A DNA stretch of 64,000 bases from Candidatus Hydrogenedentota bacterium. GTDB taxonomy: Bacteria > Hydrogenedentota > Hydrogenedentia > Hydrogenedentales > SLHB01. The stretch is taken from positions 21,511 through 85,510 of the forward strand of contig BTVY01000015.1 of the NCBI GenBank assembly GCA_045863335.1, read 5' to 3'. The position numbers and the translations under genes are program-made. The notes under the pieces are model-generated. The model was given only the letters and a program-made list of their open reading frames with translations. It was not told the DNA's origin and searched no databases. This document shows, piece by piece, positions 20,290 to 30,536 of this stretch; positions within the stretch are counted from its first letter, which is position 1, and each line of letters starts with the position of its first letter.

Positions 20290-21657
20290 CTACTCCATCA
20301 CAATCTTGCCGGGATATGATTGCACGCCGTTCTGTAATTCATCCGCAGTGATGACAAAGGGTTCCCAGGCAGGATTGCCTTCTTCGTCGTAGAGGTCGAA
20401 GGTCAGCGTGGGCGTTCCGGTGAGGTCGAAGGTCAGGATGCCCACATTCGCCTTCTCGAAGCCGGGACGCAACCGCACTTCGGGATTCCGGTTTCGCCAG
20501 TTGTCGGACGCGGGTTGCGCGAGGGGCGAACTGACGAGGTCATAGAAATCGTAGCCGCCTTTCTCCGACCAGGGAATGGCGTTGAGTTCGCCGACGTGGG
20601 TGTCGCCGGAGATCAGAATCACGCCGTTGATTTCGTTGGTGCGGATGTACTCGAAGAGCGCGTCGCGTTCGTGCTGGAACGCTGCCCAGGAGTCTCCGCC
20701 CTCCCCTTTTGCCGCAGTCCAACCGCTGCCACTCACAATGACTTTGAACGATGCCTCGCTCGCCGCGAGTACGTCCTTCAACCACTGAAGTTGTTCGGCT
20801 CCCAAAAATGTCTTGTCCGGGGTGTCGGGTTCAGCATTAGGGTCGCGGTAGTAGCGGCAATCGATGAAAAAGAAATCAACACCGCCGTAAGAATACGTAA
20901 AGAAAACACCGGGCGCATCGGGCAGCCCGTAGGAGGGATTGGGCCAGTAGGCTTTGAAGACCTCTAACGCCTCTTCCTTGATCGGATTGGTCCGGTTATG
21001 GTCGTTGAGGCCATAGTCGTGATCGTCCCACACGGCCAGTTGCGGAACCTTGCGCAGCACCGGTTGCAGATTGGGCACGTCCCGCGCGCGCCGGTATTCC
21101 TCAGCCAATATGCTTGGCTCCAGGCTGTCGCCGTACATGTTGTCGCCGATCCAGAAGAACAGGTGCGGCGCGAAATTAGCGACCGTGTTCCAGATGGGCT
21201 GAACCGGGTCGCGCTGAACCCGGCCGCAGGAGCCGTAGGCGACGACAAACTTCGCGGGAGTCCCTGGCGCGGGCGCGGTCATGAAGGATCCGATGGCGTC
21301 GCCGCCGAGGTATGCGGGATTGCCGCCGTTCACTTCTACGCGGTAGAAATACCGAGTGCCCGGATGGAGGCCCTCCAATTTCGCGACGACGATGAAGTCG
21401 TCGTCACGCTGCGCGGTGACTGGTTCGCTCCAGATGATGTCGGTCAACCCTGCGTCGAGCGCGCAGCCCACGCGAAAGGGAAACTCGCCGGAAAGCCGCG
21501 CCCAGACGGTCGCGGTAGCATCCGTCACCGGACCGAGCATAGGCCCTTGCATGCAGCGCGGCGAGCCGACGCTGCTCTGGGCGAGAGCGGCAGGGGCGAC
21601 GAGCACCAATATCACAAGAGCGACAAGAATGAGGTGCCGGGAACGAGTGATGGACAT
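20290..21657 (-). CDS. Alkaline phosphatase D (PhoD) family protein, secreted
   Basis: Signal peptide ending ALA; GDNMY, WDDHDY, DCRYYR, LGAEQLQWL, SGDTH. Confidence 0.85.
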   Translation of the reverse strand: MSITRSRHLILVALVILVLVAPAALAQSSVGSPRCMQGPMLGPVTDATATVWARLSGEFPFRVGCALDAGLTDIIWSEPVTAQRDDDFIVVAKLEGLHPGTRYFYRVEVNGGNPAYLGGDAIGSFMTAPAPGTPAKFVVAYGSCGRVQRDPVQPIWNTVANFAPHLFFWIGDNMYGDSLEPSILAEEYRRARDVPNLQPVLRKVPQLAVWDDHDYGLNDHNRTNPIKEEALEVFKAYWPNPSYGLPDAPGVFFTYSYGGVDFFFIDCRYYRDPNAEPDTPDKTFLGAEQLQWLKDVLAASEASFKVIVSGSGWTAAKGEGGDSWAAFQHERDALFEYIRTNEINGVILISGDTHVGELNAIPWSEKGGYDFYDLVSSPLAQPASDNWRNRNPEVRLRPGFEKANVGILTFDLTGTPTLTFDLYDEEGNPAWEPFVITADELQNGVQSYPGKIVME

Positions 21658-21683
21658 CGTCTTCCTCCAGAATCCACATTCGC

Positions 21684-21759
21684 GTCATCCTGCGTGAAGC
21701 GAAGGATCTGATATCTCAGAGCGCTTGACTGATGAGATCCTTCGCTTCGCTCAGGATGA
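21684..21759. repeat. REP-like inverted doublet GTCATCCTG...GAAGCGAAGGATCT / AGATCCTTCGCTTCGCTCAGGATGA
   Basis: ~25-bp near-perfect inverted arms around a 25-bp spacer. Confidence 0.8.
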
Positions 21760-21792
21760 GGCTATGTGGAGATTGGGTTGTTCTATTCCGCT

Positions 21793-22854
21793 CTAACTAT
21801 ACCGCGCGCGGAGCAGGCTTGCCGCCTTCGCTTCGTTCGACAGTTTTTCGTAGGCTTCGTCGATGGGGATTTCCGCCGCGTTGCCGGGCGCGAATCCGCA
21901 GTCGGGGTTCAGGAAGACTTGCTCGGGCTTGAGATACTCGAGCGCCTTGTCCACCCTATCCACGATGGCGTCCACGGGGTCGATGGTTTCGCCGCGACAA
22001 TCGACGCAACCGAGGCCCACCTGACAATTGGACGGTAATTGCTGCAAGACGGACAGGTCGCCCGCCACGGGGATGGTGAACTCCATGACGTACTGGTTCA
22101 CGTTCAACCGCTTGAGGGCCGGCAGGATGGGATCGTAGCCGCCCTCACCGACCCATCCGGCGCGCGCCTTGTTGCGGCGGCACAAATGGATGGCCGTAGT
22201 CACGCCATCGACGCCTTCCATGATCCGGTTCAGGAGGTCTACACAGAGATCAATTTCACGCTGGGGATCGGCAAACTTGCCGCGCACGCGTTCGTCCACG
22301 AAGAGGCAGAGATGGGGATCGTCGAACTGCACAATGTCCGCGCCCGCATCTCGCAAGGCAATGAGCTCACCGCGCAGAATCGGCACCAGCGCTTCCATAA
22401 AGGCTTCCCGCGTGGGGTAGGCCGACGCCGAATCCGTTTCGTTCCACATGCGTTGTCCCAGCAAGTACGGCGAGGGCAAGGCCACTTTGATTAGCCGATC
22501 GGTTCGTTCGCGCAGGTATAGCGCTTCCTTCGCCGCGAGCCCGGGACGAACGTAATCAAGCGGTTTCACGACCGTGTGCCACCAGACGCCGTCTTTACGC
22601 TCCAGGCGGAACCCGTCGCATACGTCGGCGATGATGCCGATGTACGAACGGCGCCGGTACTCGCCATCGGAGACGATGTCCAGTCCCGCGGATTCCTGCA
22701 CCGCGAGGATGTAGTCCACGGCCGCATTCATGCGTTTTTCGAAGTCGCGCACGTTTGTGGGCGTCCGTTCCGGGTCGAGGAGGTCGCGGACAAACTGCGA
22801 CCGGGGCATGCTCCCGACGACGCCTGCGGGAAACAAGGGAAAGCTTCGGTTCAT
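21793..22854 (-). CDS. Cobalamin-independent methionine synthase II-like protein (single catalytic barrel, MetE C-terminal type)
   Basis: Start re-called at MNRSF; VGSMPRS, SDGEYRR, QFDDP; Zn ligands IHLC, MEF, NPDCGF. Confidence 0.85.
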   Translation of the reverse strand: MNRSFPLFPAGVVGSMPRSQFVRDLLDPERTPTNVRDFEKRMNAAVDYILAVQESAGLDIVSDGEYRRRSYIGIIADVCDGFRLERKDGVWWHTVVKPLDYVRPGLAAKEALYLRERTDRLIKVALPSPYLLGQRMWNETDSASAYPTREAFMEALVPILRGELIALRDAGADIVQFDDPHLCLFVDERVRGKFADPQREIDLCVDLLNRIMEGVDGVTTAIHLCRRNKARAGWVGEGGYDPILPALKRLNVNQYVMEFTIPVAGDLSVLQQLPSNCQVGLGCVDCRGETIDPVDAIVDRVDKALEYLKPEQVFLNPDCGFAPGNAAEIPIDEAYEKLSNEAKAASLLRARYS

Positions 22855-23606
22855 ACAGCCCATTCCTTTCGTGCGATCTGAAAATCCTGGTTCGTGTCGA
22901 TTTCCATGTACCCGCCGTGGGTCGGCTGCGCGTGCAGGTCCACCCCCGCGTCGATCATGTGTTGGAACAAATCGATGAGATAGGCCTTCCGGAAGGTCTT
23001 GGCCGCCTGGAAGGGGCCGTCGCCGTGGCGTTCTCGGGCGTCGCAGTAGTGGCGTTTCAAGGCGGCGGCGCCGTCCGGCGTGAACCGCGCCACGCCGATG
23101 TACTCGCCGAAAGCGTCCTCCGACGGCATCGTCCGGTTGATGGTCGCCACCCGCATCTTGCCGTCCAGCCGGACCTTCTCCCCGTCCTCTTCGGGATGCT
23201 CCGTTCGCTGAAGGTAGCGGGTGCGCCAGTCGGTGTCGCACACCAAGGTGCAGTCATGGGTGGACTTGGCGAGCTCGCGGATGATGGCCGGCGTGTACAG
23301 GATATCGCTGTAGGCGCAGACAAAACCGTCGTCCATGTGCGCCTCGGCGTACATCAGCGATTCCATGATGTTGTTGTTCGGCCAGTCCGCGTTATGGCAG
23401 AACGTAAACGCGGGGTATTCCGCTTGGATGAGATCGATCCGGTACCCGCCAATGTAGACGATGTCCGTCAATCCCCCTGCCGCAAGCGCCTCCAATCCCC
23501 AGTCCAAGATGCGCTTGCCGCCCACCTCCGCAAAACACTTGGGCGCATCCGCCGTATGGGGCATCAGCCGCGCCCCACGGCCCGCCCCGATGATGATTGC
23601 TTTCAC
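22851..23606 (-). CDS. Nucleotidyltransferase, LicC/phosphocholine-cytidylyltransferase-like
   Basis: IIIGAGRGARL...PKC, GY, NN..SL, YSDI, GEYIG, EIDT..D; ATGA overlap with the downstream gene. Confidence 0.8.
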   Translation of the reverse strand: MKAIIIGAGRGARLMPHTADAPKCFAEVGGKRILDWGLEALAAGGLTDIVYIGGYRIDLIQAEYPAFTFCHNADWPNNNIMESLMYAEAHMDDGFVCAYSDILYTPAIIRELAKSTHDCTLVCDTDWRTRYLQRTEHPEEDGEKVRLDGKMRVATINRTMPSEDAFGEYIGVARFTPDGAAALKRHYCDARERHGDGPFQAAKTFRKAYLIDLFQHMIDAGVDLHAQPTHGGYMEIDTNQDFQIARKEWAV

Positions 23607-23737
23607 GTGCTAAGGCTCCTTGCATGCCACGGCGTGCCGGCGAAGTGCCGGTCACAATCCCCAGGCGAAGACATTGATATCTAACATATTGCGCTTGGAA
23701 ACCAAAACCGGTGCCACTAGTTGACGCTGGGAGGCGG

Positions 23738-24319
23738 CTACGGTCGTGTCGGCCTCTTGGCGACCTCGCGATATCGGAAACAGTCGATTGTGTGGTCGTT
23801 GACCATGCCGGTGGCCTGCATGAAAGCGTAGCAGATGGTCGAGCCGACGAAGCGGAACCCGCGCTTCTTCAAGTCTTTGCTCATGGCGTCGGACTCGACG
23901 GTGCGGGCCGGGATATCCTTGAGCGACTTCCAACTATTGACGATGGGCTTGCGTCCGGTGAACTGCCATATGTAGGCATCGAAAGAACCGAATTCCTTCT
24001 GGACCGCAAGAAAGGCTTTGGCATTATCCACAGTGGATTCCACCTTGAGACGGTTGCGCACGATTCTCGCGTCGTCGAGGAGCATCGCGACTTTTCGCGT
24101 ATCGTAACGGGCGACCTTTTTGACGTCGAAGTTGTCGAATAGAACACGATATCCTTCGCGTTTCTTGAGAATGGTCGACCAACTCAAGCCCGCCTGAGCG
24201 CCTTCCAGAATGAGGAATTCGAAGAGGGTCCGGTCGTCGTGGACCGGCACGCCCCATTCCTCGTCGTGGTATGCGATATCCAGTTCGCCCCGGGCCCATT
24301 CACAACGTCTTACCGCCAT
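23738..24319 (-). CDS. tag: DNA-3-methyladenine glycosylase I
   Basis: RCEW, YHDEEWG, LEGAQAGLSW, IVRNRLK, NDH..DC Zn ligands. Confidence 0.95.
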   Translation of the reverse strand: MAVRRCEWARGELDIAYHDEEWGVPVHDDRTLFEFLILEGAQAGLSWSTILKKREGYRVLFDNFDVKKVARYDTRKVAMLLDDARIVRNRLKVESTVDNAKAFLAVQKEFGSFDAYIWQFTGRKPIVNSWKSLKDIPARTVESDAMSKDLKKRGFRFVGSTICYAFMQATGMVNDHTIDCFRYREVAKRPTRP

Positions 24320-24338
24320 TGCGCGATGATCCTTATTC

Positions 24339-25727
24339 TCAGTGCGCGGATATGCGCGCCTCTTCCGGCGGCGTGTTGCGGCAGAAATGGCGCAATAACA
24401 GGAATCCGCCCAGACCCGACAGGAAACTGGCCAGGAAGATGCCGACCTTGGCCTCGGCGAGATGCCGCAGCATCACTTCGGCGGCTTCACCAGTGAGGCC
24501 GGTCGTCTTGAAAGCCAGTTCATCGATGAAAAGGGCCATGGTGAATCCGATGCCGGCCAGCCAGCTGACGCCATAGATGTGGGTCCAACGGATTCCCTTG
24601 GGAAGCTCGGCCCAACCCAGTTTGACCGCCGCCATGGAAAACGCCATGACTCCGATCTGTTTGCCCAGCATCAAACCGGCGAGGGCGCCCAGGGTGACCG
24701 GCTGCAGCAACATGTTTCCCACGGTGGAAAAGTCGATGACGACGCCAGAATTGGCGAAGGCGAAGATAGGCATGATGACAAACACGCTGAAGGGATGGAG
24801 CAGGTGCTCGATGCGCTGCAAGGGCGCCTCCACATGGTGACACTCCTTCAAAATCGCGCGAATCAAGGATTGTTGGCGCGCGTTTACCAGGAGCGGGTTC
24901 TTGTAGTCTTCCGCGTCGGTGAAGCGGTAAAGAAGGGTCGTCATACGTCCGAAGAAGTGGGGCGTCTCGTACCGGGCGTCCGCGGGTATGGTAAACGCGA
25001 GGAGAACTCCCGCTATCGTGGCGTGGACACCGGACTGCAAAAACTCGAACCAGATGATGGCGCCCACGATGACGTACGGGAAGGTCCAGCGGACTCCGAG
25101 CCGGCACATGCCAAACGAAAGTAGTATCAGAAATGCACCAATCAACAAGGGCCGCAACGCCAGTTGCTCCGTATAGAACACGGCGATGACCAAGACGGAC
25201 CCGATGTCGTCCACGATGGCCAGGGCGACGAGGAAGACGCCGATGGCGGCGGGTACCCGCTTGCCGAGAAGGGCAAGGACGCCGGTGGCAAAGGCGATGT
25301 CGGTCGCCATGGGGATACCCCATCCCTTGACTGCCTCTGTTCCATAATTGAACACGACATAAATCAGCGCGGGGCAGATCATGCCCCCCGCCGCGGCCAT
25401 GGCCGGCAGCAGCGCTTTTCGAAAACTGGCCAATTCGCCGACAATCAGCTCCCGCTTGATCTCGAGCCCCACCATGAAGAAGAAGATGGCCATGAGCCCA
25501 TCGTTGATCCAATGGTGCAGGCTTTGGTCCAACGTCCAATCGCCGAGCGAGAACCCGAAATGGGTATGCCACAAGTGTTCGTACCATTCGTGGGCAGGAC
25601 TGTTGGCAACGATCAGCGCGGCAAGCGCTGAAAACAAGAGGAGTCCCGCTGCGACCGCATCTTGCTTAAAGAAAAGCGTCAGCGGGGATACCTGTTCCAA
25701 TTGGGGCAAGTGTTCTTCTTTGGCCAT
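24339..25727 (-). CDS. nhaA: Na+/H+ antiporter NhaA
   Basis: WINDGLMAIFFF, GWGIPMATDIAF, AIVDD, SGVHATIAG, GIGFTM. Confidence 0.95.
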   Translation of the reverse strand: MAKEEHLPQLEQVSPLTLFFKQDAVAAGLLLFSALAALIVANSPAHEWYEHLWHTHFGFSLGDWTLDQSLHHWINDGLMAIFFFMVGLEIKRELIVGELASFRKALLPAMAAAGGMICPALIYVVFNYGTEAVKGWGIPMATDIAFATGVLALLGKRVPAAIGVFLVALAIVDDIGSVLVIAVFYTEQLALRPLLIGAFLILLSFGMCRLGVRWTFPYVIVGAIIWFEFLQSGVHATIAGVLLAFTIPADARYETPHFFGRMTTLLYRFTDAEDYKNPLLVNARQQSLIRAILKECHHVEAPLQRIEHLLHPFSVFVIMPIFAFANSGVVIDFSTVGNMLLQPVTLGALAGLMLGKQIGVMAFSMAAVKLGWAELPKGIRWTHIYGVSWLAGIGFTMALFIDELAFKTTGLTGEAAEVMLRHLAEAKVGIFLASFLSGLGGFLLLRHFCRNTPPEEARISAH

Positions 25728-26021
25728 TCGTGATGAGTCCTTCCGGATGATGAGGGCATATTTTGGTCATTTTTTCCCTTCATGTCTAGTAAGTTCGATA
25801 CGGCGGTTAACGTTGTGGTTGATACTCGACTGCCACTTGCTCGGGAGTAGGGGTTGATTCACACGGCCATTGCCGGATATAGTAACCTTCCTCTTGGAAA
25901 GTCGTAGGGGCGGTGCGAGCCCCTCGATTTCGGGGGTAATGGGCGGAGAATTCTTAACTCAGAGTAACCGGGGGGTTCGGTGTGCGAGGGGCGTAAAGTC
26001 CGCGCACAAACGGAGATCAGT

Positions 26022-27296
26022 ATGAGCACTGCGAAATTAACCTTCGAGGGAAAAGAATACGAATTCCCGGTGATTGAGGGTACCGAAGGCGAGACGGCCA
26101 TCGACATCAGCACGCTTCGGGCGAAGACGGGTGCCATCACATACGATCACGGGTACGGGAATACCGGATCCTGCAAGAGTTCGATCACGTTTATCGACGG
26201 GGAGAAGGGGATTCTCCGGTACCGGGGATACCCGATTGAAGAGCTGGCCACGAACTCGAAGTTCCCGGAAGTGGCGTACCTTCTCATTTACGATCACCTT
26301 CCCACCAAGCCGGAACTCTTGGAATGGCGCCGCCAACTTACGAATCACAGTTTCATCCACGAAGGGATGATGAATTTCTTTGACCATTATCCGCCGACGG
26401 CGCACCCCATGGCGATTCTTTCGGCCATGGTGGCGTCGTTGTACACGTTTTATCCGGACTCCGAAACGACCGAACAGGTCGAGTTGAACATTCGCCGCCT
26501 GCTTGGGCAAGCGAAAACGATCGCGGCTTTTTCCTACAAGATTTCGCGGGGCGAGCCGATTCTGTACCCCAAGGCGGAGTTAAGCTACGCGGCGAACTTC
26601 TTGCGGATGATGTTTGGTTCTCCGGCCGAAGAGTATGTCGTATCCGACGTTCAGGAGCGCGCGCTCAACCAGCTACTTATTCTTCATGCCGACCATGAGC
26701 AGAATTGCAGTACGTCCACCGTACGCATGGTCGGCAGCAGCCAGGCCAATCTGTATGCGTCGATATCGGCGGGCATCAGCGGGTTGTGGGGTCCCCTCCA
26801 TGGCGGCGCGAACCAGGCCGTTATCGAAATGCTGGAGAAGATCCTGGCGGACGGCGGTGACTACAAGAAATACGTCGAATTGGCGAAGAAGAAGAATTCC
26901 GGATTCCGGTTAATGGGCTTTGGCCACCGCGTGTACAAGAACTTCGATCCGCGGGCGAAGATTATCAAGAAGGCCTGCGACGAAGTTCTGAACGAAATGG
27001 GTATCAGCGACCCATTGCTGGATTTGGCGAAGAATATCGAAGATGTGGCGCTCAATGACGACTATTTCATAGAGAAAAAGTTGTATCCGAATGTCGACTT
27101 CTACAGCGGCATTATTTATCGCGCGATGGGTTTCCCAACGAACATGTTTACCGTTTTGTTCTCGATTGGGCGCCTGCCCGGCTGGATTGCGCAGTGGCTG
27201 GAGATGCGCAAGGACCCGGATAACCGCATCCATCGGCCCCGTCAGATATACACGGGTGAGAATAAGCGTACGTTCATCCCGGTGGACAAGCGGTAG
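26022..27296 (+). CDS. gltA: Citrate synthase (type II)
   Basis: GILRYRGYPI, LHADHEQNCST, GPLHGGAN, GFGHRVYK, YPNVDFYSG. Confidence 0.97.
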   Translation: MSTAKLTFEGKEYEFPVIEGTEGETAIDISTLRAKTGAITYDHGYGNTGSCKSSITFIDGEKGILRYRGYPIEELATNSKFPEVAYLLIYDHLPTKPELLEWRRQLTNHSFIHEGMMNFFDHYPPTAHPMAILSAMVASLYTFYPDSETTEQVELNIRRLLGQAKTIAAFSYKISRGEPILYPKAELSYAANFLRMMFGSPAEEYVVSDVQERALNQLLILHADHEQNCSTSTVRMVGSSQANLYASISAGISGLWGPLHGGANQAVIEMLEKILADGGDYKKYVELAKKKNSGFRLMGFGHRVYKNFDPRAKIIKKACDEVLNEMGISDPLLDLAKNIEDVALNDDYFIEKKLYPNVDFYSGIIYRAMGFPTNMFTVLFSIGRLPGWIAQWLEMRKDPDNRIHRPRQIYTGENKRTFIPVDKR

Positions 27297-27350
27297 CGCG
27301 CCACCGCGTGGGCGGGCGCCGCATGGCCTTCGCCTGCAATTTGAGGGGGC

Positions 27351-29213
27351 ATGGGCGACGAGCCGGTATCGGTAACGTTTGAACCTCAGGGGCGGTCGGT
27401 GACGGTTCGTCCCGGTACGACCGTACGCGAGGCCGCCGCGCGGGCGGGGGTATTCCTTGATTATCCCTGCGGGGGGCAGGGCACCTGTGGCAAGTGCCGG
27501 ATTCGGCTCGCCAGGGGATCCGGAACCCACTCTTCGGCTGAACGAAACCTCTTGACCGAAAGCGAGCGATCCCAAGGGATCCGGCTTGCGTGTCAGTGCG
27601 CCGTTGAAAATACGCTCACCGTTTCCGTTCCCGACGCATCGCTACTCGCATCCACGTACAAGATTCTCTCCGACGCGTCGAGTGCAATCCATCCCAGCGA
27701 CGATCCCCCCGTGCGGTTGCAGCGGGTCCAGGTCGAGAGTCCTTCTCTCTCGGATGAAGCCGCCGACTTCGAGCGGTTGGTTCGGGAGCTGGGCGCGGTT
27801 TCGGCGGACCTGGATGTCCTCGCGGCCCTCCCATCCCGTCTGCGAACGGAAAGCTTCACCGGCACGGCCATCATCGCTGAGGGCGAATTGCTGGCGTTCG
27901 AGCCGGCCGATTCGCCATCCAATTGCTATGCGGCCGCCGTGGACATCGGGACAACGACCCTGGTCGCGGCGCTGCTCGACCTGTCAACAGGAAGCGAAGT
28001 GGCGCGGGTGTCGCGAATGAACCCGCAAACCAGCCTGGGCGATGACGTGTTGACGCGGATCATGCACGCCCGGGATACCCGTGATGGCTTGCGCGAACTG
28101 CAGCGGGACGTATCGTCCGCAGTGAACGCGATGCTTGCCGAACTTGCCGCGACGGCGGGTATCTCCTCCCAATCGGTTCTCCAGGTGACCTTGGCGGGGA
28201 ACACGACGATGCAACACCTGTTTGCGGGGCTCGATCCGTCGGCACTGGGCGAGATCCCCTTCGTTCCCGCCGTGAGCGGTTCGTTGCGAGTCCGTTCTGA
28301 GCGCGTGGGGCTGCATATTCATCCGAGGGCCTCGGCATATGTGTTTCCGGTGATCGGAGGATTCGTAGGGGGAGACACCGTGGCCTGTATGCTGGCCACC
28401 GACCTGGAGGATGCCACTGTTCCGACGTTGCTCATCGACATTGGGACAAATGGAGAGATCGTTCTCCAACACGATGGCGAGCTTTGGGCGACTTCCTGCG
28501 CGGCGGGACCTGCGTTTGAAGGCGCGCGCATCAAACATGGGATGCGGGCAGCCCGTGGCGCGATAGAAAAAGTCGAATTCTCGGACGACATCGAATGGGC
28601 GACGATTGGCGAGGCGGCGCCGGTGGGACTCTGCGGGTCCGGACTGATCGACGCGGTATCCGGTCTGGTTCGATCGGGAATCGTTCTTCCCCAAGGCCTG
28701 ATGCTCGAGCGGGAGCAAGTCCCGGAAACTGTGCCAGTGGAGATTCGCGATCGTGTCGTGGAAGGTTCGAAGGGGCCCGAATTCGTTCTGGTTCCGCAAG
28801 AGGATTCCGGCACGGAGCGGCCGGTCACCATTGCGCAGACAGACGTCCGCGAACTTCAGTTGGCTACGGCGGCGATTCGTTCGGGAACGGCGATCCTGCT
28901 GAAGCGCGCCGGGATACGCGCCGACGCGGTGGAACGGGTTCTGGTGGCGGGCGCGTTTGGCAACTATGTCCGTTGCGAACACGCCCAGCAGATCGGTCTC
29001 TTGCCGCCGGACATCCCCGCGGCGCGCATGACCTTCGTGGGGAACGCGTCGCTGGCGGGCGCGCGGCGGGCGGCCCTGTCGTGTGCGGCGCGCGAACGTG
29101 CGGAACTGCTCGCGGCGCGGACGTATCACATCGATCTGTCGCTGGACCCCGCGTTCCATGAGACCTACGTGGAGTCCATGTTCTTCCCGGAACCCGCAAC
29201 TAAAGAAACGTAG
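27351..29213 (+). CDS. ASKHA-domain ATP-dependent reductive activator of corrinoid proteins (RACo/AcsV-like) with N-terminal 2Fe-2S domain
   Basis: CGGQGTCGKC...RLACQ ferredoxin; DIGTTT, GNTTM, DIGTNGE, AAGPAFEG, CGSG, AGAFG, GNASL. Confidence 0.88.
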   Translation: MGDEPVSVTFEPQGRSVTVRPGTTVREAAARAGVFLDYPCGGQGTCGKCRIRLARGSGTHSSAERNLLTESERSQGIRLACQCAVENTLTVSVPDASLLASTYKILSDASSAIHPSDDPPVRLQRVQVESPSLSDEAADFERLVRELGAVSADLDVLAALPSRLRTESFTGTAIIAEGELLAFEPADSPSNCYAAAVDIGTTTLVAALLDLSTGSEVARVSRMNPQTSLGDDVLTRIMHARDTRDGLRELQRDVSSAVNAMLAELAATAGISSQSVLQVTLAGNTTMQHLFAGLDPSALGEIPFVPAVSGSLRVRSERVGLHIHPRASAYVFPVIGGFVGGDTVACMLATDLEDATVPTLLIDIGTNGEIVLQHDGELWATSCAAGPAFEGARIKHGMRAARGAIEKVEFSDDIEWATIGEAAPVGLCGSGLIDAVSGLVRSGIVLPQGLMLEREQVPETVPVEIRDRVVEGSKGPEFVLVPQEDSGTERPVTIAQTDVRELQLATAAIRSGTAILLKRAGIRADAVERVLVAGAFGNYVRCEHAQQIGLLPPDIPAARMTFVGNASLAGARRAALSCAARERAELLAARTYHIDLSLDPAFHETYVESMFFPEPATKET

Positions 29214-29808
29214 CGCGCGGGCCGTCCATGATTTCGAAGAGGTTGTGGCCGATGGTTCGGAGGAGCCGGTCCAGCCGGACGATGGGCAGGCCGAGGACGT
29301 TCTGAAAACATCCTTCGTATCCCGCGACGAGCAGACTGCCGGGGCCGTCCACTGTATAGGCGCCCGCCCGATCGACGGGTTTGACCGCGTGGACGAAGTG
29401 CTCGATCTCTTCGTCGGCGAGATCGCGGAATGTGACGCGGGTGGTTTCACTGCCCTCCGCGCTCTGGCCGGTGCTGGTATCCACGACCGCCAAACCGGTG
29501 ACCACCTCATGCGAACGGCCCGAGAGATTTCGCAGCATCCGCCGGGCGTCGTCGAGGTCGACCGGTTTGGAGAGGATCTCATCGCCGAGGAAGACCAGTG
29601 TGTCCGCCGCGATGACAAGGGAAGGTACCTCCAGTCGCTTGGCAACGTCATCGCGTTTGGCAACCGCGTTCGCGATGACAATCCCCGCCGGCTCCTTCCC
29701 CTCGTCTACCTCGTCGACTCCACTCGCGAGGACTTGAACATCGATACCGAGGGCGGACAACAACGCATAACGGCGCGGCGAAGCCGACGCGAGCACAAGG
29801 GGGATCAC
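29200..29808 (-). CDS. maf: Maf family nucleoside triphosphate pyrophosphatase
   Basis: LASASPRR, ADT, KP, LSGRSHEV.TG, AGAY, NVLGLP. Confidence 0.92.
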   Translation of the reverse strand: MIPLVLASASPRRYALLSALGIDVQVLASGVDEVDEGKEPAGIVIANAVAKRDDVAKRLEVPSLVIAADTLVFLGDEILSKPVDLDDARRMLRNLSGRSHEVVTGLAVVDTSTGQSAEGSETTRVTFRDLADEEIEHFVHAVKPVDRAGAYTVDGPGSLLVAGYEGCFQNVLGLPIVRLDRLLRTIGHNLFEIMDGPRATFL

Positions 29809-30536
29809 CGGGCGGGTTCCTCCGCCGCGGCGTCCGCTCGGGGAAGTGTGACGCCGCCGGGACCGACCGTTTCCACGAGCACTTCGTTCTCGATGATCTG
29901 GGTGCCTTCCGGGAGTACGAGTTGCGCCGCCGCATCTCCCGCCGCGTCGTTTACCTTGAATTCTGCGACGGAGATCTCGACTTCGGAATCTTCATCGTTG
30001 ATGACGTGGATGCGGCAAGGCAGGTAATCGTCGGCGCGCAGGTAGAGCGCGATCTGCTCGAACAACGGCGCAACGTCTTCCCCGGCCTCGCCTGCCGACT
30101 GGGGCAATGGCGTCAACCGCAGCGCCTGATCTCCGCAGGTCGATGGATCGGGCTCGAACAACTCGACAGTGTAGGCCTCGCGAAGCCGATCCGTCTCACT
30201 ATCAAAGCCGAGGAACAAGGCTTCCAGTTGGGGATCGTCGTCCAAATCATAAATCTGGACTTGCTCGAGTTCGGGGTCGTATTGATAGACCCGTGTCTCA
30301 TTGATGAGGTAGGTTACCGCGGGCTCGAGATACTGCAACAAAATGCGCCGGGGTTTCTCATAGACAATGTACCCCACCGCTCGCGTCTGTTCGTCGGGTG
30401 TGGTGGTCTCCTGGGAGAAACGGGCGTGCAGCCGCTCGATGTGATCGCGTTTGGCTTCAAACTCTGCAAAGAACTCGTCGACCTCCGCGGCCGCGCCGAG
30501 AGACGCGACAGCCACTGCGATGGATAGCAGCGTCAT
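29805..30536 (-). CDS. LolA-like outer-membrane lipoprotein carrier
   Basis: Signal peptide; ARFSQ, YEKPRRI...Y..P, YQYDPELEQV. Confidence 0.75.
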   Translation of the reverse strand: MTLLSIAVAVASLGAAAEVDEFFAEFEAKRDHIERLHARFSQETTTPDEQTRAVGYIVYEKPRRILLQYLEPAVTYLINETRVYQYDPELEQVQIYDLDDDPQLEALFLGFDSETDRLREAYTVELFEPDPSTCGDQALRLTPLPQSAGEAGEDVAPLFEQIALYLRADDYLPCRIHVINDEDSEVEISVAEFKVNDAAGDAAAQLVLPEGTQIIENEVLVETVGPGGVTLPRADAAAEEPAR

